In this document: positions 21,127 through 31,049 of the stretch, piece after piece | Numbering within the stretch: position 1 is the stretch's first letter | Layout: each line of letters begins with the position of its first letter | NCBI GenBank assembly: GCA_963791045.1 | Contig: CAWBQK010000001.1 | Coordinates: forward strand, 1 to 64,000 | Origin: Candidatus Latescibacterota bacterium | GTDB taxonomy: Bacteria; Krumholzibacteriota; Krumholzibacteriia; WVZY01 | Direction of reading: 5' to 3' | Length of the DNA: 64,000 nt | Notes under the pieces: model-generated | Seen by the model: only the letters and a program-made list of their open reading frames with translations | The model's database searches: none | Told to the model about the DNA's origin: nothing | Position numbers and translations under genes: made by a program

Positions 21127-21612
21127 TCATGCTGACAGGAAACAGTTGACCAGCGAGATGTCGATTACTCTTTCAGCAGCATCCCAACGCTCATCACCGT
21201 TCCAATCAATCCAGCCATTTATGTACTCGGGGTAAATATAGAAAGCATCCGGCGGACATGGAATGAATATCTCGACGACAAAGTAGACGAAATCACCGTC
21301 CAGATGATACGTGATATTTTCGATTCTTTCGTGCGTGATGTCACCACCATTGCTGGGGCAATAACCCGGCATTTGCGCGCCGCTGGACGTCAGAGATCCA
21401 CCCGGCTTTGGCCGCTGCGCCACGCCTGTATCGACAACGAAGAGAATCGCAGAACAGAGAAGCAACAAGCGACAAACAACAGGAAGACGATGTCCGTATT
21501 TTGAACTCAATTCAGCCCCCTCTACTCCGGCATCACCCGAGATCCGCGCTCCCACAGACGCCAACGTATCTCGTTTGGTCCACGCTGTCGAACCATCTAT
21601 TAACCACCTCAC
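21127..21612 (-). pseudogene. Secreted GEVED-like-domain protein, C-terminally truncated by the IS (true start probably near 21511)
   Basis: Signal peptide; YCPSNG and EYINGWIDWNGD motifs; the stop codon lies inside the IS inverted repeat. Confidence 0.6.
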
Positions 21613-22139
21613 TCAAAACAAAAAAGACCCCTTCTCCCGCACAGAGGGGCCTCTATCATGATATGTGAACACAGGGCGTCCGCCTTTCCTTTACTGTCGC
21701 CTTGCCCTTGCGGAGTGAGTATAGCACACTTGTTGATCGCGACAAGGGAAAAGAAACACAAACAAGAGTTCGTGACCGTAATTCTTTCCGTCTCATTCTT
21801 GCACTTCGTCTTTGGGACGCTGCACATCTTTGTCATGAGTGTCAACTCTTCTTTACAGTGTGAAGTTGACTGTAAACCTTCCTTACACTTCAAACCCCAG
21901 ACTTGGTGTGTTCTTTCAGTTCTGCTGTGGGATGGATGTCAAAACCGATAGATTCGAAATAAGCGAAGAGACCCCCGTCACGTTTCGTTTTCTTTTCCAC
22001 GGTTGTGAGCCGTCTTTGGCATCGGAATTTTGCGGGGCTTCGGGCGGATCTCATCGGCGGCGAGTCAGTCCCCGAACCCGCCCGTTCACCTCGATCTCGA
22101 CCCCAGCCAGGCAGCGGGCGGGAATCAGCCGGCACACCA

Positions 22140-22235
22140 CCCAATTGCGACATACTGGCGATTTTTTAGTGTAAGATAACTGTAAGATGGGGGTTTTGCG
22201 GGGATGAGGCGAATGCCGTAAGTCGTTGTAGAATT
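22140..22235. repeat. att-like arm, copy C, abutting the 3' end of the intact tRNA-Thr
   Basis: Same 96-bp arm as copies A and B, with TGTAAGAT direct repeats. Confidence 0.9.
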
Positions 22236-22311
<76 letters not shown>

Positions 22312-22483
22312 TCCATAAGACCGTCCGTATAATAAGACACTGGGGCCCGGCAATCAACCCCGAAATGAACCGACCTGCAGCCCCCCCATGAGCCCCTAAA
22401 GTAGACAGCCAATGGCCGACCCCACCGACCACGTGGTATGATTCCCCGACCAAAACAAAACAACACGTAGGATACAGACACAA

Positions 22484-23257
22484 ATGTTCAGCTACTTCAA
22501 AAACAGACGCCGTAAAAAACTACGCGCAAAACCGATCCCGACCGAATGGCCGAAATGGATCGCAAACAACTTCGCGCTTTGGAACCGCATCCCCGAAGAC
22601 GAACGCAGCGAGATTCTCACCCGCATCCACGTCTTTCTGGCGGAAAAAAACTTCGAAGGGTGCAACGGACTCGAAGTCACCGACGAGATGCGCGTGACGA
22701 TCGCAGCCCAAGCGTGTCTCTTTCTTCTCCACCGCAAACACGACTACTATCCTTCGCTCCTCTCGATCCTGGTTTACCCGGAACCGTTTGTCACCGAAAT
22801 GGCGGAAATCGACGAGGCCGGAGTGGTGACAGAAGTCGCAAAAGACCAGGCGGGTCAAACATGGAGCCAGGGATCGCTTATCCTCGCCTGGGATGAGGTT
22901 GTCGAAGGCGGCCGGGACTTGAGCGACGGCTTCAATGTCGTCCTCCACGAATTCACCCATCAACTCGATCTCGAAAATGGCGACATCGACGGCGTACCCT
23001 ACCTCAATTCCAACGAAGCCTACGCGAAATGGATCGACACATTCGGCGCCGCACTCGACGCGTTCCGCGACGATCTCGACAACGGCAAAAGGACGTTCCT
23101 CGACCCCTACGGCGCCGAACACCCATGCGAATTCTTCGCCGTGGCGGTGGAAAGTTTCTTCGAGGAACCAAAAGATTTCAAAAGAGCGCACCCGGATCTA
23201 TACGAAGAATTAAGAGCCTATTTCCAGCAAGACCCTGCCCGGTGGCGCCCCGCTTAG
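22484..23257 (+). CDS. M90-family zinc peptidase (MtfA-like)
   Basis: VTIAAQAC, ILVYP, DGFNVVLHEFTHQLD and EFFAVAVESFFE motifs. Confidence 0.9.
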   Translation: MFSYFKNRRRKKLRAKPIPTEWPKWIANNFALWNRIPEDERSEILTRIHVFLAEKNFEGCNGLEVTDEMRVTIAAQACLFLLHRKHDYYPSLLSILVYPEPFVTEMAEIDEAGVVTEVAKDQAGQTWSQGSLILAWDEVVEGGRDLSDGFNVVLHEFTHQLDLENGDIDGVPYLNSNEAYAKWIDTFGAALDAFRDDLDNGKRTFLDPYGAEHPCEFFAVAVESFFEEPKDFKRAHPDLYEELRAYFQQDPARWRPA

Positions 23258-23371
23258 CACCACCAACACACCAGCTCACAACAGGACACAAAAGAGATGA
23301 CCGCCGGCAAAACCAGCGGCCATCCCTTGCAACACCGGCACACGGCCGGATTCACGGACAGAAGGTGTCCG

Positions 23372-24568
23372 TTATTTGAGAACCGTCAGTCGTTTGACCT
23401 GAGTCTCCCCGCTTGTCGTCATACGGGTGAAATACACACCACTCGCGACGCCATCGGCATGCCAATCGAGCGTGTGCTCGCCGTACTCGACGGTCTGATT
23501 GACCAGCACTTCAATAAGACGGCCCGCCACATCATAAATGGCGAGCTGGACAAACTGATTCTCGGGCACAAAGAACGTAATCTTTGTCACCGGGTTGAAC
23601 GGGTTCGGATACGCGTCCTTCAACACCGGCTTGTCCGAGTACTCAAACGGCAGGTACTTGTTCCCCTTGATCAAAATACAGTCCTGCGCCTCGAGAGCGA
23701 CGCCGTCAAGGTAGTACCCGGTGAGCGTCAGTGTCCGCTCTCCATGGTACCCCGGGGCGATCGCCGCTGCGATGTCCTGGGAAATGAACTTCATCATGAT
23801 GTCGTCGAACCCGTCGGGACCCGCCGTCGTGCAGGCGCAGTCGGCGTCATCCACCACCGGTCCCGCGACGTCATTGATCTTCGGACCACCACCCTTCGAG
23901 AGCGGAGCCACACCCTCGAGCCGAAGTGACGAGAGATCCACGGTCGACACGTCGAATGTCGCGCTCCCAAGAAGCGCAACGGGCATCACACCGCCTTTCA
24001 TCGGCTTTTCGCCCTCGGCGAATTCGAAGAACTTGATGTTGAACGGGTTCGGGCAGGATCCAGGCTTGATATCCAAATCCATCTCGGGGCAGATGATTGA
24101 CGTTGAACCGCTCCCGTACACAATTTCGAAATCGGGAAACCGACACGCGCAAATAGTCCCGAACTCCGGGTGCGCGACCACGCTTATCGGCTGGTTTATC
24201 GTGGCACAGTCCGTACAGTTCCACAGAACGAGCACCCTCATAAACCGCACCTCAAAAAACCCATTGAGCGGCAGCGACCACCCAATCGATACTCCGCTGG
24301 ACGTGTTCCCTATCGTTACGGGGGGAACGTCAAGATCCGCCAACCAGGTCATGCTAGGCGGGTACTCAATCTTAAACTCCATCCCCGTAAAGAGAATGTT
24401 GAAATCCTCCGCAACAACATAAAGCGTATCGAGTCCCGGTCCGGGGCAGTCCATCGCGCGCATCGTCAACGCCTCGTCGAAGTACACCTTCACCATCTGG
24501 CTATTTGCCGGCGCCGCCACCAGGCACACCACGACCATGAGCGCAAATGCGCAAAAAGCAGGTCTCAT
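23372..24568 (-). CDS. Secreted protein: cohesin-like Cys-containing N-domain, DIKPGSCPNP module and FlgD/T9SS-like C-terminal domain
   Basis: Signal peptide; DIKPGSCPNPFN...CACTTAGPDGFDD; ends AYPNPFNP...ASGVYFTRM...LTVLK. Confidence 0.8.
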   Translation of the reverse strand: MRPAFCAFALMVVVCLVAAPANSQMVKVYFDEALTMRAMDCPGPGLDTLYVVAEDFNILFTGMEFKIEYPPSMTWLADLDVPPVTIGNTSSGVSIGWSLPLNGFFEVRFMRVLVLWNCTDCATINQPISVVAHPEFGTICACRFPDFEIVYGSGSTSIICPEMDLDIKPGSCPNPFNIKFFEFAEGEKPMKGGVMPVALLGSATFDVSTVDLSSLRLEGVAPLSKGGGPKINDVAGPVVDDADCACTTAGPDGFDDIMMKFISQDIAAAIAPGYHGERTLTLTGYYLDGVALEAQDCILIKGNKYLPFEYSDKPVLKDAYPNPFNPVTKITFFVPENQFVQLAIYDVAGRLIEVLVNQTVEYGEHTLDWHADGVASGVYFTRMTTSGETQVKRLTVLK

Positions 24569-24803
24569 TGCAGAACCTCCTTTGGTTCAAGACCTCGCTG
24601 GATAAACGTATGTCTGGGCAGAAGCTGCGGGTAGGATCAGCAATACTAACAATCACGTAGACAAGGGCTCCACACATAACCCGAATCTACGGAAAGAGAT
24701 AACACTCGAACTATCTCTGGCGTAAGTATAATCGGATTGCTGAAGCCCCGCGCTGCACATCTGTAATATAGCACCGCTTTTGAGGTGGTGCAAGGTGTAC
24801 GGT

Positions 24804-25853
24804 TTACTTCTTACCTAACATGTAGAGCTGCCAGATATCGCGGTCGGACATGTTGAAGATCGGGGCGCAGGCCATGAGTCCGGTCTTGCCGATGCTCTTC
24901 TCCAGGTACTTGAGTTCCTTGAATTTCTCCATGATTTCAGGCTCATCGGGAGGCTTAAAACCCGCCTCCCGCATGAGAAGAATCCCCTTGGCCCTGATAG
25001 AAAGCTCGAGATGAAGCCTGAGCATGCAAAGCATATCAACCACCACCTCGCCGGCAAAACGGGACTGCAGGGACTCGAAATAGCCCCCTATCCGCGATTC
25101 CGTCACGGTTCCGGTCTGGATGATCTCGAGCAGTTCCTGATCGGTGTCAAAACGAACGCCCAGCCACCGTCGCGTGGCGCGTTCGCTCGTTCGGAACACG
25201 ATCCACACAATCTGCGGCAGGACCACGAGGATCCCGATCGTCGATAAAACCGGCGAGAAGAAAAAGTGGTTGTAGGCGGAGTGCAAAAAATACGCAACGG
25301 TAAGACCAGGCAAGAACCCCGAGAGCCGCCCCCATGTCCCCCGTCCATCGGTCGCGAGCGAATACTGGTCGCACATCTGCTTGGAGATAATTCCCATAAT
25401 CCCGGTGACGCCACCGTGCATGACGGCGGTCCCAAACCCGCGAATGATCCACACAAGCAGATTGGTCGTCTCGAGGTACCGGAAATAATAGATGTTCTCG
25501 ACAATGGCAAAACCGGCGCCGATCGCAAAACCGTAGATCGCCGCATCCACCATAAAACCGACACGCCGCCGGCAAATCAAGATGACGAGAAGACTCGCCT
25601 TCAATGATTCCTCGACAAACGGCGCCACATACCGGGCAAAGATGGTCGCGTCGGTAAACACCGCGCCTATCAACCAGCTGTTGAGCCACAGGCAGGAAAA
25701 CGCCGCGACACACCCAAAGAGAATCGCGCCGAGAACCGCGCGAAACCGCATGAGCTTAAACGAGTCGACGGCGATCAGGACGAGCAGAAACACGACCACC
25801 GGCAAAAGGCTGGCCGCGAGACTAACAATGGAATGCAGAGTAGATGAAAGCAC
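24804..25853 (-). CDS. PrsW-family intramembrane protease
   Basis: Multi-pass membrane protein with APFVEESLK (EE), GAGFAIVEN, MHG and LHSAYN motifs. Confidence 0.9.
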   Translation of the reverse strand: MLSSTLHSIVSLAASLLPVVVFLLVLIAVDSFKLMRFRAVLGAILFGCVAAFSCLWLNSWLIGAVFTDATIFARYVAPFVEESLKASLLVILICRRRVGFMVDAAIYGFAIGAGFAIVENIYYFRYLETTNLLVWIIRGFGTAVMHGGVTGIMGIISKQMCDQYSLATDGRGTWGRLSGFLPGLTVAYFLHSAYNHFFFSPVLSTIGILVVLPQIVWIVFRTSERATRRWLGVRFDTDQELLEIIQTGTVTESRIGGYFESLQSRFAGEVVVDMLCMLRLHLELSIRAKGILLMREAGFKPPDEPEIMEKFKELKYLEKSIGKTGLMACAPIFNMSDRDIWQLYMLGKK

Positions 25854-25859
25854 CGATGT

Positions 25860-28811
25860 TTAAAGCAATTTCAAGGAAATCATGAACTCGTCCCGGTACT
25901 GATAGTTCTTCTCCCACGCACCGGCGTAACCGAATGACAATGTCGATGACATAGTCGAGAATATGACGAGTTTGAAATCAATTTGCAACCCCGCGTTTAT
26001 GAGCGTCCTCCGGATCGGCTCGTTGTGCCAGTTCGTCGAAAGCGCCGTGGAGAAAAGCCTCATATGCGCCCAGTTGCAGTAAAGCGACGGAATACCAAGA
26101 TGCTCGAACCGCACCGGCGGCAGCGCAAGCTCGACCATAAACTTGCCAAACGTCGTCCCGCCAACCTCGTTGATCTCGACGCCGGGATAACTGTAATAGT
26201 CTCTGTACCGTTTGACCTCCTGATAGTCCACCCAGTTGTTCCCAAACGCACCAAAGAAGTAGTTGGCGAACGGTTCGTAATCGTCGCCGTGCGACTTGCC
26301 GAGCGCCGGGCGAAACCACACCGACATGTGGTCGACGGGCGTCAGGAAGCCCCAGTCGAGCGTTCCCCAGTACCGAGGGATGTGGTGCTTGTTGACGTAG
26401 TTGTCGACCACATTGAGGGACCACTTGATCCCCTTCTCGGCCTCGACACCGCCAATCGTCCGGCCGAGACTCTTGTAATACAGCCCGGCGCCAAAGTTCA
26501 GATACTCCTTGAACGACGCTAGAACGTTCTGATAATCGGGCAGCGTTTCGAGGTCGCCGTACCAGGCGCCAAACAATTTGTAGTCAAGACTCTTCGGCCG
26601 CTCGCTCTTGAGCACGCCACTGTAACTCCCCCCGACGCCGTACCCTTTGCGCGCGTACTTGGTCGGACCAAAGAAATCATAAAAGTCCGCCGGGTTGAGC
26701 GCGCCCGAAAACTCCCACGGGTAGTGGCTGTATTTGAGCTTGATATGCGCCTGCTCGCTGTCCTCGATCATCCCGTTGGACGGTGTGTAGGCCGCCGTCA
26801 CATCGATTCCGTGCATCCACATCGGATCCATAAAGCTCGCGCGCACGCCCCAGGCCACATGCCCTTTGTAGTCTTCAACAATCGGATACCACCAACCCAG
26901 CCGCACACTTTTGAGCGAGGAATAATCCGTCCCCACCAGGGCCGTCGAATCAATCTTCACGGCGGACGGCGGTGGGAGCATCCAGTTCTCGAGCATCGGG
27001 TACTTGTCGAACACTGCCTGACCGAGGAAGCGCACCGCGCTCACGTCTTCGATCGGCTGGTTGGCGAGCATGACCGGCCGGAACCCTTCCGACGTATACC
27101 GAAGCGCTATCAGCGAATCCTCCGAAACGGGAACCGGACGGAAATACCCGTTCTCGTCATTCGTGATCCACTCCATTTTCTTGTTTTCGAAATCATACCG
27201 CGTGACATTGGACACACCGGTCGCATACGTCGTCCCGAACAGGTATTTGCCATCGGGCGAGTGCACGTAGTTCGCCGGAGAATAGTTCGAGAACTCGTGA
27301 AGAACCTCGAATGTCGTCTCTCCCACCATCATCTCGGCGATGCTGAGCTTGATGAGCCGCTGATGACCGTTCACTTCGAGAAGGGTACCCGTCAGCGACT
27401 CCCCATCGGGAGACACATCGATATCAAAGAGATCGCGCCCGAACGGCAGCGTCAGGAGAATAAACGCGTCCTGGTCGTAGGGGGGCGGAATCATCACCAC
27501 GCTGGAAAGCCCGTTGTGATGCCGGATTCCCCACAACGACCGGTCGACCCGGTTGATCGCGAGGTCACCGGTTCGGATGTCTTTCATCAGTTTTGTCGCC
27601 TTGTTCGACACCACGCTCACCGAATTAAGATCGCGCCAGTGATGACTGTTGTCCGTCGTGTAAAACAGTGTCTTTGAAGAATCGTCAAAGGCGAGCGACG
27701 CCACGTAGTAGAGCGCCGGTGTTGGAATGTCCACCACCTTGCGGCTCTCCCACGTATCGATATCGACAGCGACAATATGGGCCATCTCTCCCGGGTACAG
27801 CACGGCGCTGTAGAGCTCCCGGGTCTCCGGATCGAAATACATTCTCGACGCCGACCCCAGCGCGCCCCGCGACAGTTCGCGGTACGGCGTCACCGGGTAC
27901 TGCCGGACCGAATCGAGCGCGGCGGCCTGCCACTCGTGCTCGAACTCGACCCACCTGGCCCACTCATCGTCGAGAGGCGTCCCGTAAACCTTCTTAAACT
28001 GGGTGCCAAAGTGACGTTTGGACCCGTCGTTGCGGTTGACCCACTGGATCATCTTTTCGGGCCCGTACATATAGACGAGATACGAGACGAACCGCGTGCC
28101 GTACAGGTACGACATCTGGCCGACCTGCCAATCGATGGCCGATCCCTCGGACTCGAGCCCGACGATGTCGTAGAAAAATCCGTCCTCGGCGACCTTGGCC
28201 CGGAATACCATCTCGTCGTACCCACCCAACACACGTCCGTACCCGCCGGCCATCCACGTTTCCATGAAGACGGCCATCCCCTCGTGATACCACCGGGGCG
28301 CATACATTCTCGGCGATGTGAGATAACTGTACATCGCGGAGAGCGGCGCCTCCGGCTCGGTCATCACCTTGCCGGAAAAGAACCCCCGCCAGAACCTGTC
28401 GCGCGATGACGCCTGGTCCGACGCCACCACGTGCAGAAGCTCGTGGCTCATTACCCAGTTGAGGCGTTCGTTTGTCGGGGATGTTTCATACACCTGCTCG
28501 TAGGGCTCGATCCCGATGAGCAGGTAGTTGACGGGGAGCGAGGTGGCGCCGGCGTAACCATGATCGTTGAGATCCCGAAGGATTACGGTCACTTTTTCGC
28601 TCGGTTCCCAGTCAAACATTTCGATGTGAAAGGTAATCGAGTTTTCGAAACACCGCACGAGATGTGGAATCACATATTCGTGTTCCTCATCGTAATAGAT
28701 GAGGCGCATGTGATCGGTTTCGATTTGTTTGAATTTGAGCTGGGAATGGGCGGAGAGCGGAACCACCAGTACTAGAATGACAGCAATAAAGGCAAATATG
28801 TTCTTTTTCAT
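25860..28811 (-). CDS. Outer-membrane protein: gluzincin/MA-like HExxH domain, TolB-like propeller and C-terminal beta-barrel
   Basis: Signal peptide starting MKKNIF; SHELLH followed by WYHEGMAVFME; DVSPDG/HSPDG blades; amphipathic aromatic-rich strands at the C-terminus. Confidence 0.75.
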   Translation of the reverse strand: MKKNIFAFIAVILVLVVPLSAHSQLKFKQIETDHMRLIYYDEEHEYVIPHLVRCFENSITFHIEMFDWEPSEKVTVILRDLNDHGYAGATSLPVNYLLIGIEPYEQVYETSPTNERLNWVMSHELLHVVASDQASSRDRFWRGFFSGKVMTEPEAPLSAMYSYLTSPRMYAPRWYHEGMAVFMETWMAGGYGRVLGGYDEMVFRAKVAEDGFFYDIVGLESEGSAIDWQVGQMSYLYGTRFVSYLVYMYGPEKMIQWVNRNDGSKRHFGTQFKKVYGTPLDDEWARWVEFEHEWQAAALDSVRQYPVTPYRELSRGALGSASRMYFDPETRELYSAVLYPGEMAHIVAVDIDTWESRKVVDIPTPALYYVASLAFDDSSKTLFYTTDNSHHWRDLNSVSVVSNKATKLMKDIRTGDLAINRVDRSLWGIRHHNGLSSVVMIPPPYDQDAFILLTLPFGRDLFDIDVSPDGESLTGTLLEVNGHQRLIKLSIAEMMVGETTFEVLHEFSNYSPANYVHSPDGKYLFGTTYATGVSNVTRYDFENKKMEWITNDENGYFRPVPVSEDSLIALRYTSEGFRPVMLANQPIEDVSAVRFLGQAVFDKYPMLENWMLPPPSAVKIDSTALVGTDYSSLKSVRLGWWYPIVEDYKGHVAWGVRASFMDPMWMHGIDVTAAYTPSNGMIEDSEQAHIKLKYSHYPWEFSGALNPADFYDFFGPTKYARKGYGVGGSYSGVLKSERPKSLDYKLFGAWYGDLETLPDYQNVLASFKEYLNFGAGLYYKSLGRTIGGVEAEKGIKWSLNVVDNYVNKHHIPRYWGTLDWGFLTPVDHMSVWFRPALGKSHGDDYEPFANYFFGAFGNNWVDYQEVKRYRDYYSYPGVEINEVGGTTFGKFMVELALPPVRFEHLGIPSLYCNWAHMRLFSTALSTNWHNEPIRRTLINAGLQIDFKLVIFSTMSSTLSFGYAGAWEKNYQYRDEFMISLKLL

Positions 28812-28831
28812 GCTCTTTTGTGGGAAGGGGT

Positions 28832-28868
28832 AAAGGGGAAGCCGCGGAATAACCGCGGCATCCCCTTT
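28832..28868 (-). terminator. Strong intergenic hairpin after the repeat-protein gene
   Basis: AAAGGGGA-A-GCCGCGG-AATAA-CCGCGGC-A-TCCCCTTT. Confidence 0.65.
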
Positions 28869-28895
28869 TACGTCGCGCTGCACCTGCGCTGACTG

Positions 28896-30935
28896 CTACT
28901 GGGCGATCTTTACGCGCTGGAAAATCTCCGCGCGTTCGGTCGGCGTGAGGCGCTCGAAGAATTCGGCGCGCTGACTCACACTCATCGCCTGGAATCTCTC
29001 GGCGGACATATCATGACGCTGGTAGAACGCCGTGCGTTCGGCCGGCGTCAACCGCTCTACGAGATTGGAGCGCTCGACCACATTCATCCGCGCGTACGAT
29101 GACTCGTACACGTTCGCCTTCTGGAAGAACTCGGCGCGTTCGGAGAATGTCATACGCTCGAAGATCGAAAGCTTGCCCGCAAGGCTCATCGCCTCAAAGC
29201 GGCCGGCGGTAAAATTGAGTCTCTCAAAGAACTCGGCACGCTCAGCCGGGGTCAAACGGTTGTAAATGTTCGCACGCTCGGCGATGTCCATCTTGTTGTA
29301 GACGGACTGCGCCACGTTGAGGCGGTTGTGTATTTTCATCCGTTCGTACGGCGTAAGCTTTTCATAGATGTTCGCACGCGCTTTCATGTCCATCTTCGCA
29401 TACCGCTCGGAGGTGATGCTCTGACGGAGGAAGATGTCGGCACGCTCGGCCGGGGTCAGGCGCTCGAAAATATCAGCGCGCTCTGCCACGCTCATCTTGC
29501 CGATCCTCTCGCTCGTGAAGCTGATCCGCTGGGCAATCGAATACCGCTCGGCCGGGGTCAGACGCTCTACGAACTTGGCGCGTTCGGCGATATTGAGACC
29601 CTTGTAGCGCTCGGCGGTCATTTCGTAGCGCTGGAAGAACTCCATCCGCTCGGTCGGTGTGAGACGCTCGAACATCTCAACGCGCTGAGCCATATCCATC
29701 CGACCCGAGGCGGCCGAGAAGATATTGATCTTGTTGAAGATCTCCTGGCGCTGGGCCGGGGTGAGGCGCTCGACGAAGGCCGCCCGCTCGGCGACATTCA
29801 TGGTCGAGAACTTCGAACTCGTCATATTGAAGCGCTGGAAGAACTCGGCGCGCTCTGCCGGGGTCAAACGTTCAAAGATCTCGGCACGCTGCGCCTGGTT
29901 GAAATTCGCATACCGCTCCTGCGAGAAAGCGATACGATTGAAGATTTCCTGGCGCTCGGAGAACGTGAGGCGCTCGAAGAAGAGAGCGCGTTCGGCGATG
30001 TCCATCCGCTCGGCGGCGGCGCTGAAAACGTTGATCTTGTTGAAGATCTCCTGGCGCTGGGCCGGGGTCATACGCTCGGCAAAGCTCGCACGTTCGGCCA
30101 TGCTCATCGCGGAGAACTTCTCGCTTGTCATATTGAAGCGCTGGAAGATCTCGGCACGCTGGGCCGGGGTCAGACGCTCGAACATTTCGGCGCGGCCCGC
30201 CGCGTCCAACTTCGCATACCGCTCAGCCGAGAAGTTGAATTTCGAGAAGAAATTCGAACGTTCGGCCGGGGTCAGACGATTGAAGAACTCAGCACGGCCC
30301 GCCGCGTCCATTTTGTCAAAACGCGCGCTCGTGAAGTTGATCCGGCTGAACATCTCCTGCCGCTGCGCGGGGGTCAAACGCTCGACAAACTCGGCGCGCT
30401 GCGCGACACTCATCGCGGAGAACTTCTCGCTCGTCATGTTGAAGCGCTGAAAAAACTCTGCGCGCTCGGCCGGGGTCAGACGCTCAAAAATCTCAGCACG
30501 CTGCGCCTGGTTGAAGTTCGCGTAGCGTTCAGCCGTGAAGCTAAACTTCTCGAAGATCGCCTGGCGTTCCGCCGGAGTCATGCGCTCCACGAAGCTTGCA
30601 CGCTCGGCGATGGACATCTTGCCCCAGACGGCCTCGTACGGATTCATCCGCTGAAACATGTTGGTCCTCTGTACCGGGGTCAGACGCCCGAAGAGACCCG
30701 CCAGTTCCTCATCCGACATCCAGTCCGCCGTCTCAACAGCAGACTCGCCCGCCTTTTGGCCTTTGAGGTGAACATCCTCGGAGCTGAGCTGGTCCGCTCT
30801 GTACCTGTCGGCAGTACCGATGGCGCCCTCGAGTCCGTCTTCCTTCGGCGGTGTGGCGAAGAATGAGAAATAAGCGATCGCGACGATGGCGACGACCGCG
30901 AAAACACCGAGAAGACTTCTGTTTCGTCCACTCAT
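28896..30935 (-). CDS. Membrane-anchored protein of 17 full and 1 partial 34-aa helical repeats (ERLTPAER...)
   Basis: 82-aa leader with a TM helix, then gap-free 34-aa periodicity (82 + 17x34 + 19 = 679 aa). Confidence 0.9.
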   Translation of the reverse strand: MSGRNRSLLGVFAVVAIVAIAYFSFFATPPKEDGLEGAIGTADRYRADQLSSEDVHLKGQKAGESAVETADWMSDEELAGLFGRLTPVQRTNMFQRMNPYEAVWGKMSIAERASFVERMTPAERQAIFEKFSFTAERYANFNQAQRAEIFERLTPAERAEFFQRFNMTSEKFSAMSVAQRAEFVERLTPAQRQEMFSRINFTSARFDKMDAAGRAEFFNRLTPAERSNFFSKFNFSAERYAKLDAAGRAEMFERLTPAQRAEIFQRFNMTSEKFSAMSMAERASFAERMTPAQRQEIFNKINVFSAAAERMDIAERALFFERLTFSERQEIFNRIAFSQERYANFNQAQRAEIFERLTPAERAEFFQRFNMTSSKFSTMNVAERAAFVERLTPAQRQEIFNKINIFSAASGRMDMAQRVEMFERLTPTERMEFFQRYEMTAERYKGLNIAERAKFVERLTPAERYSIAQRISFTSERIGKMSVAERADIFERLTPAERADIFLRQSITSERYAKMDMKARANIYEKLTPYERMKIHNRLNVAQSVYNKMDIAERANIYNRLTPAERAEFFERLNFTAGRFEAMSLAGKLSIFERMTFSERAEFFQKANVYESSYARMNVVERSNLVERLTPAERTAFYQRHDMSAERFQAMSVSQRAEFFERLTPTERAEIFQRVKIAQ

Positions 30936-31000
30936 TTTCGACCCCCCTTTGGGTTTGGTGTGGGAAATAGCCTAAGCTTTGGTGAAACCGCTTCTAATAA

Positions 31001-31030
31001 AATTACCGGCCAACTCATGGAAAGTTGGTG
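31001..31030 (-). promoter_or_regulatory. Putative ECF sigma promoter upstream of the repeat-protein gene
   Basis: Minus strand CACCAACTTT-N13-GGTAATT; same motif and spacing as at 32392-32421. Confidence 0.65.
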
Positions 31031-31049
31031 GAAATGTCCACCTGGTTCC

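Larger units (their letters stand above)
19635..21137 (-). mobile_element. IS3-family insertion sequence with no visible target duplication
   Basis: Imperfect terminal inverted repeats sharing TGAGAC...CCAAAATTAAT(A/G)GACACTCT; overlapping orfA and orfB; AAAAAAAG slippery site near 20730. Confidence 0.85.

Noticed and set aside
29328-30866. Long antisense ORFs (29328-30866, 927-1679, 38134-39126, 45839-47323 and others)
   Set aside because: They are shadows of well-supported genes on the opposite strand in GC-rich DNA and contain no recognisable motifs.
28896-30935. TAL-effector-like protein (34-aa repeats containing LTP)
   Set aside because: There is no VVAIAS-xx-GGKQAL consensus or RVD loop, and the protein has an N-terminal membrane anchor. 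The shared length and LTP look coincidental.
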